Assembly: GCA_018814445.1 (NCBI GenBank)
Contig: JAHIZV010000169.1
Coordinates: 2,162 to 66,161 of the forward strand
Source: Verrucomicrobiota bacterium
Lineage (GTDB): Bacteria > Verrucomicrobiota > Kiritimatiellia > JAHIZV01
Reading direction: 5' to 3'
Length of the DNA: 64,000 nt
In this document: one piece after another, positions 60,301-64,000 of the stretch
Position numbering within the stretch: position 1 is the stretch's first letter
Layout: every line of letters begins with the position of its first letter
Notes under the pieces: generated by a model
What the model saw: only the letters and a program-made list of their open reading frames with translations
What the model was told of the DNA's origin: nothing
Databases searched by the model: none
Position numbers and translations under genes: made by a program

Positions 60301-61154
60301 ACGTTGTTCTGCTGTATTCCAGGAGGATCACTTGACACCGCCGGGGAATACTCGATCGGTGAGCGAAGGCTGAAATCAGCTCCGTTCCAGGTTGCGGCAA
60401 TGACAACGGAAGTGGCTTCGGCATCAGCCCACTGAAAACTGATTCGACCGGGCGAAACGAAGTTGGTCGGGTTTCCGTACTCGATCTGGATGAAATGATT
60501 TGTGTTGGGATCAGCCACTTTCACGAGCCGGCCCTGTGAGTCATAGCTGAAAGAGGAGAAGCGCTCAAAGGCGTCATAAACGCCCTGCATCTGAAATGTC
60601 GAGCCGGGCCCTTTATAGAACGCATGCCGTGTGCCGTCTGTTGAGAGCAGATAGAACTGGTTGGGATCGATGTCGGACTGCAGTAGACGATTCTGAACCG
60701 CGGCGCCGGCGACGTAGTAGAGACTGGTCGATGATTCCTTGTAGTAGTAGGAGTCAACACCTGAAGGCCAACTTACGCGGATCACGGGGCCATAACTGTT
60801 GGCTCCGACCTCCGAAATGTCCCAGAAGTAGTTGTGACGCCAGTTTCCCGCCGTGCCAAACTCGGAGACGATGTTCCCAAGCCAACGGCTTGACGAGATT
60901 CTCTCGAACTTCAGTTTGTCCGCGCCCACGCCATCGGAAAGAGCGAGATCTGACACTTCCCGATGGACATTGCCGTTGTAAATCCAGAAAGGATTGCCTC
61001 CGCTTCCGTCAGGTCTGCAACAGTCACCATCCGGACAGTCGTCGGGTATGTTTTCACAGTTCTGACCAAAGGATCGGCAGGACAGCAACAAGACTGCCGC
61101 AACCAGAATGAACCACGAGCATTTGTCATTTCTCACCACTCCCTCCCTCGTCAA
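54336..61154 (-). CDS. secreted RHS/YD-repeat protein (2272 aa) with inserted carbohydrate-binding-like domains and a Cys-rich C-terminal domain
   Basis: Signal peptide, many YD repeats, and RHS core GKELD..GLLYFGYRHY....GRWLSRDPIG...DPLGL. Confidence 0.93.
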   Translation of the reverse strand: MTREGVVRNDKCSWFILVAAVLLLSCRSFGQNCENIPDDCPDGDCCRPDGSGGNPFWIYNGNVHREVSDLALSDGVGADKLKFERISSSRWLGNIVSEFGTAGNWRHNYFWDISEVGANSYGPVIRVSWPSGVDSYYYKESSTSLYYVAGAAVQNRLLQSDIDPNQFYLLSTDGTRHAFYKGPGSTFQMQGVYDAFERFSSFSYDSQGRLVKVADPNTNHFIQIEYGNPTNFVSPGRISFQWADAEATSVVIAATWNGADFSLRSPIEYSPAVSSDPPGIQQNNVGDKFDLTTNSSPLITSSAGGSFGSLGNVYFNYDETNFYVGAYDCEMLGDGDAMILFLDFNTLAENASNLWNKTGAPNGLDYLHNVEFVRPMDIAMVLGDEYGDGNYPSFELGSGYNFGQGVFLLGGSGAFVPVSGATVSQFDGEGTNATVSTDDDGNRLTDRWEVKIPWSDLGASDISSITTCVVAGVVASQNVSGNNRYLSAGYLGDSAEGPLDQNNEFGFNFMRLTGTRLRMPGRDPYWQLQESSPCCTPESNAATNGSPLVTADPPGADQNNIGDNFDFNTNGGSWITSGSGGYGSFGQIYVNYDATNFYVGGIGLDVSDDHNGMIVFLDFDTLTDNASNLWQKTGQPYALDYLHNVKFAHPMDIAILLGDEWGDANSYAFQIGSGYQYGQGAFYLGGSGGFNAVAGARISQFDGTGTNPTTSTDGDGNRITERWEVSIPWTSLNAQAVSSVSTCFIAGVLASDGTSGNDRYLSGYFLGDGASGSKDTFGNFAFNFVSLTGSCVRLPGRDYSPTSNYQMYDAGGGLWTGAVDLAEGVYQYKFIVNGTNWLTDTNNPYVDEANDFSSVIWIAPEFILCASGSDGRVVSYEYDSMFIDGIGHGALRRANYGDGTSAKYSYRSPPPGKYWRPVLIGADDPMYPPPYSRMAYSYQRERDNSPEAPVGVSGMIYEERHLVTSALVARLTFPTNQPGMHVVEYGDGSKKYCYYPDENRTRVAVITNEAGEAQNYSYVGNQGFMSSYVDRLGNTHTYGLSAHFGVVTSEVDSAGRSWNWSYTDNTYPVHLQAMTDPLGRTTTNTRDGSNRITRVDYPDGTYQTFTYDALGQVQTERKRDGTFWSNTIDSLGRTIAVTDPHGNVTKYGYDERGHLVTTTNALGHVTRYTYDWRGNPISTTFPDGSTQTIRYNAYGQPTNVVSPSGGMTIVGYDVWGYPESQTDPLGYTTYYTYDYKGRLRVETTPSGQIITNAYDGLGRKIMETDVGSGAFRTWSYGPDGIRTQEDRLGRATLLDYDQFGYLTSETSPGGSTTTYSYDLVGNRLCRTNAMGEAISYTYDAANRPISIRDCRGFITSNYYDGLGRLTGMQDPNGIAEQRTYDGLGKLTGIMRDGLLVQSNWYNALGWLVAFRDASGLVISNTFDEVGRPLRTYLPDGTFVDRQYTNTYLARETDRAGRISIYQRDVLGRVTNRVDNSGHSIGYQYDAFGNVTNLVDQNGHHTYFSFDAEGRKTARVFNDLSGEQYQYDDEGQLSAKRDCIGRWTYYSYDLNGNLTNVNYHSDPDVGFEYDALNRRTKMIDSVGTTTWSYVEGCTKETGTDGPFQNDSVLYGYDASKRLTNMAYCGISVGYGFDSLDRIVSVSAPEGSYSYMYTRNGRLPAELIRPNGVRTVYHYDALLRLTNLVHKKSSGDVLLSFAYTYDGHDQRTRVVREDGRRIDYGYDAIGQLTSAEGYMGDDSAWPGYSFRYAYDPAGNMTQKVENGFVTSTRYNELNQLTTSGWAGVMAVMGSVNITDAVITVNSQPVYTFSDGTFVVTNQAVVPGPNEWIAIATDVFGRSATSRISVVASGHSYAFDANGNLTNDGEFAYAFDEADHLVRATKLATGLNVMGSQYDGLARRYKRTQGEGGACHTNLYVYSHFIPLAVLDGESSNLEVCVRGMDISGTLDSAGGIGGILGVSIDVNDPGELMNPLNSGNGSIAATYAYEQMAGLEYAPFGTLVSSQPNQTSRFLFNGKELDSASGLLYFGYRHYHPSSGRWLSRDPIGEQGGQHLYVFVENRPVVYVDPLGLTAKRNCHAVYKDFSLGLGDFHIGPPVGWISLQGDMKIATQLRGEVCEECCPGGWTEETRGSWTFSLEGSASVVGGPQFNIGVPGMDISISGYIGVKGSVEGTVAGSVEFVDGGCEGKSGGCGKIMGGVTLTATGGGELETSLAGLDKLASATANISASRGVALEACCNSGGCSVKQCGFDSKWSGSAYANICAFGACYRYTFWQN

Positions 61155-61819
61155 AGTCCCGGCACCTCATCTTCACCCCCAGGCGGTGGCACCCAGAAAT
61201 TGAGAGACGTTTCCTGGAAACCTGACCGAAGAACCACCATGCACATCCCCGGCCAGTCACTGGCGGTATAGCCAAAATCAAGACATCCGGAGCTGTCCGT
61301 ATAAATCAACTTGCTCGTCGAGCCATCGTCCAGACGTCCGGCGTTTGCCACTTCAATTGCGACAGGTGTGTCGGGATCCGCTTTCGGCCACTTGAGGCGA
61401 ATCTGCATGGTTTCGCCCGGCGCGATTCGAATAGTCTCGAACCTTCCATATACATTTCGTGGCTGTAGATTTCGTGAGGCCAGGGATACTTCTGCCTCGG
61501 CCCACCCCAACGGTGGTTCTGCGGGTTCAGGAATATGGGCAGGCACGGGGGGCGGATTAAGCGGCTCGCCGGGTTTCCGGCTTATGTCGAGCTTGTTCTT
61601 GTCGGAGGCTGGCGGGGGTTCCGGCATCTCCTCACTGAATTCGGCCGGCGAAGGCGCGTACGTATTCTCGCCTGGCCGATCTTCCGGAAGGGAGACGGGT
61701 TCACTCTGCGCCGTCAGCGAAGGTTCCGACGGGTTTGGTCTCCCGCGTTTCAGATGCCATAGAACCGCGATGCCAATCAGCAGCACTCCGGCGAGAAGAT
61801 AGATGACTCCTTTCTTCAT
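61151..61819 (-). CDS. membrane-anchored Pro-rich hypothetical protein
   Basis: N-terminal TM, Pro/Glu linker and beta domain; overlaps both neighbours. Confidence 0.75.
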   Translation of the reverse strand: MKKGVIYLLAGVLLIGIAVLWHLKRGRPNPSEPSLTAQSEPVSLPEDRPGENTYAPSPAEFSEEMPEPPPASDKNKLDISRKPGEPLNPPPVPAHIPEPAEPPLGWAEAEVSLASRNLQPRNVYGRFETIRIAPGETMQIRLKWPKADPDTPVAIEVANAGRLDDGSTSKLIYTDSSGCLDFGYTASDWPGMCMVVLRSGFQETSLNFWVPPPGGEDEVPGL

Positions 61820-62331
61820 TACGGTATCACCGATCCGTCGCGAGGATAGGTGATGGCAATGACGGGGGCCGCATTCGATCTATTGGGATCCGCGCCAACC
61901 TGATACTCCTCGAAGTTGCTGTAACCGTCCTCATCGAAATCCTGGGAGGCATCAGTCGGATTGAGACCGTCGAGGGGTGGATGCCGCAACTCCCACACAT
62001 CATCCATGCCATCCTCATCCGCATCGCCGGTGTCAGTGAGAGCTATTTCCTGCAGGCGATACAGTTGCCTGTCGGCTGATCCCACAATGCCGGCATCCAG
62101 AAAAGTCTGAACCGCAGTCTGGCCCAACTGCATATCAATGATCGTCCATGCCCCTGTAGGAGACGCGGCCGATAGGGAGCGGTAGTAGGAATCCGTTTGT
62201 GCAGGATAATCGACCGCAGCGTCCTGCGCGTCTTCAATACGCAGGAAGACAGAAAAATCCTCTGCCCGAGAAACGATGAGAGCAACAACCGCAAGAAAAA
62301 CGGTCAAACCTGCCAGCCACTTTCCACGCAT
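61819..62331 (-). CDS. secreted protein with Ca-binding DxDxDG (thrombospondin-3-like) repeats
   Basis: Signal peptide; DADEDGMDDVWE, DFDEDGYSNFEEY and GADP. Confidence 0.78.
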   Translation of the reverse strand: MRGKWLAGLTVFLAVVALIVSRAEDFSVFLRIEDAQDAAVDYPAQTDSYYRSLSAASPTGAWTIIDMQLGQTAVQTFLDAGIVGSADRQLYRLQEIALTDTGDADEDGMDDVWELRHPPLDGLNPTDASQDFDEDGYSNFEEYQVGADPNRSNAAPVIAITYPRDGSVIP

Positions 62332-62468
62332 ATCCCACCTCGTTGGCCAGTCTAATCACACACATTGAGGCGCGGCAATACACATCTTATTCTTTCGATG
62401 CATAGAGGGGCGCGTGTGGTTCCGCTTGGACTCAATCCTTGCCTGCGTTACCGTCTGTAACTTTGAGG

Positions 62469-62796
62469 ATGACCTTGACTACCGTATTGGTGATAGATCT
62501 TTTCGTTCTGACTCCTGACCGTGACTATGGGTCTGCCCGTATGTTCGGGGTTCTCGAGCTTCTGCTTGATGCTGGCTGTCGTGTGACGTTTGCGGCTGAG
62601 GCTCCGGCGGATGACGCGCGGTATGCCGCGGCGATTGAGCAGGCTGGTGTGCAGGTCGTTCCCGCGCGGGGCCGTCAGGCTCTGAATGAGTACCTGAAAG
62701 AGAACGCCCCAAAGTTTGACCTGGTTGTCATCAGTCGCGCCGAGGTGGCGGGGCGACACCTTGCAACGATTCGCGAGTGTGCGCCGGATACGCGCG
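62469..62796 (+). pseudogene. N-terminal fragment of a glycosyltransferase
   Basis: VLVID....PDRDYGSARM...GCRVTF...FDLVVISR; runs into the repeat flank and stops. Confidence 0.7.
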
Positions 62797-62821
62797 AAAA
62801 AGAATGGGGAAAAAGAATAGG

Positions 62822-62911
62822 AAAAGAATAGGGCTATACCTTAAAACATAAAATAGGAAGGCTGTCTCTGTTCCCATAGTTTATACTTTAAGGTATGGCC
62901 CTTTCTGCCTT
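62822..62911. repeat. 90-bp AT-rich palindromic element, copy 1
   Basis: AGGGCTATACCTTAAA...TTTAAGGTATGGCCCT inverted arms; identical to 63740-63829. Confidence 0.92.
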
Positions 62912-63254
62912 GCTGAAGAATCATCCCGCGCCGTTTCCGCTGGATCTGGCTGCCCGTCTCGTACGGATGTTCTCTTTTGCCGGCGACACAGTCCTGGATC
63001 CATTCTGCGGGTCAGGAACGACGATGGTCGCGGCCCTCAAGCACGGTCGCAACAGTATAGGGATCGAGATTGATCCTGAGTACTGCCGCATGATAGCGAG
63101 ATACCTGAAAGCGGAAAGCCAGGATCTTTTCAGTGAGACTGAACTGAAGTTCGAGCAGGCTGTTCACCGCAAGCGGGAGCTTGTTGTCAGAGAGAATAAA
63201 TCACTCTATCAAGTCCGTCCCGCAAAGAAACGCCTGGCCGATATCGTGAAGTGA
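62912..63254 (+). pseudogene. C-terminal fragment of an N4/N6 (beta-class) DNA methyltransferase
   Basis: [17 protein letters not shown] and GIEID present; catalytic xPPY half absent; the ORF's ATG comes from the repeat. Confidence 0.85.
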
Positions 63255-63312
63255 CGCTCCGCTTTCCTTCACTAGTATCAAGTCGCGGCTCCTCTTCCTG
63301 AATGGCCTCATA

Positions 63313-63378
63313 AGCATTAAACAAGGCCTGACCCCTTTCCGGACGAGCATTAAACAAGGCCTGACCCCTTTCCGGACG
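63313..63378. repeat. 33-bp perfect tandem duplication containing CCTGACCCC
   Basis: AGCATTAAACAAGGCCTGACCCCTTTCCGGACG x2. Confidence 0.9.
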
Positions 63379-63735
63379 ATCACCAGCCAGTTGTCATAGA
63401 CATACCTGTTTGTTGTTCCGACACCGCCTGAGTATAGCACTCGTTCTCTACGTCTACCAAGGCCGTCATACTCCGACTGCATCAGCAAATCGCTCGTATC
63501 TGAGTCTCTGACTTCGATAAGCCTGTCCGCGTCATTGTACGTGTAGGCACGTTGCCCATCGTTCGTGAGATTGCCATTGGCATCATACCTGTACCCGCTG
63601 TGTTCCGCGTACACGGATACGCTGTTCGTGTCCTTACGGCCAAACGGATCTGTAATTACCGCACTGAGTTTGTTCGAGCCGGAAGAGACCGTTACGTTCG
63701 TGGCAACAAAGGTGCCATCTGCAAACGCAGCGGCA
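63379..63735 (-). pseudogene. internal fragment of a second RHS gene
   Basis: ADGTFVATN...TDPFGR...YDANGNLTNDG...YDGLGRR...YVYDNW; colinear with the intact RHS at about 55400-55750. Confidence 0.85.
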
Positions 63736-63739
63736 AATA

Positions 63740-63829
63740 AAAAGAATAGGGCTATACCTTAAAACATAAAATAGGAAGGCTGTCTCTGTTCCCATAGTTT
63801 ATACTTTAAGGTATGGCCCTTTCTGCCTT
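63740..63829. repeat. 90-bp AT-rich palindromic element, copy 2
   Basis: Identical direct repeat of 62822-62911. Confidence 0.92.
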
Positions 63830-63999
63830 CCCTGCGCCCATTGCGGAGGCTCGGGCGGAGCGCGAAACAGGTCGGCTTGTTCGCCCTCGCGTGGTCGGCC
63901 GTCGAGCAGACGCGTGATCTCTTCCCATCCGGCCCGCTCATCCTCGTCGAGCCCCGGGAGCTTGCCCAGTGTGGCTACGATGCGCTGGCGAGGTCCACG
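63830..63999 (-). mobile_element. truncated transposase N-terminus, IS1634-like
   Basis: Manual translation RGPRQRIVATLGKLPGLDEDERAGWEEI...DLF...PQWA resembles IS1634-family N-termini; cut off at the 90-bp element. Confidence 0.65.
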
Positions 64000-64000
64000 T

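Noticed and set aside
63313-63378. 33-bp direct repeats as a CRISPR array
   Set aside because: Only two abutting copies, no spacer and no cas genes.
55400-63735. RHS fragment and RHS gene as a DGR template/variable pair
   Set aside because: Divergence is general rather than adenine-specific, and no reverse transcriptase is present.
62822-63829. 90-bp palindromes as integron attC sites
   Set aside because: No RYYYAAC...GTTRRRY ends, the enclosed DNA is fragments rather than whole cassettes, and no intI is visible.

Overview
Bacterial chromosomal window. The gene set (prepilin-like H-X9-DG proteins beside CAZymes, CXXCH-type NrfA, GTP-dependent PEPCK, TTCCAAnnnTTGGAA repeats) suggests a PVC-superphylum organism, possibly Kiritimatiellae/Lentisphaerae-like; this is an inference. 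Blocks from left to right: (1) 1-11.5 kb, probably origin-proximal housekeeping: mnmG, mnmE, epmA, efp, pckG, an outer-membrane barrel, a Na/Pi transporter and parB, with two perfect parS palindromes inside an insertion in the mnmG reading frame. (2) 11.6-24.8 kb, redox/respiration: nrfHA, ferritin-like protein, flavin disulfide reductases, thioredoxin, an ECF sigma with a Cys-rich tail, cydAB and DUF134/NifX. (3) 24.8-28.4 kb, a sugar permease plus decayed TonB, TonB-dependent receptor, Fic and integrase remnants beside tRNA-Ile(CAT). (4) 28.6-51.2 kb, a TRAP transporter, a LacI-controlled glycan locus (GH130, two GH71/99-like, GH42-like, two pilin-like and two paralogous secreted unknown proteins), modABC and GH31. 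(5) 51.2-54.2 kb, a nucleotidyltransferase / PqqD-RRE with leader-like tail / HPr-kinase-like trio without lasso enzymes. (6) 54.3-62.3 kb, a three-gene operon ending in a 2272-aa RHS protein with nested carbohydrate-binding-like inserts. (7) 62.4-64 kb, gene fragments each cut at an identical 90-bp palindromic element. At least five families of small palindromic or heptamer repeats are scattered through the window. All calls come from reading motifs by eye; no database searches were run.
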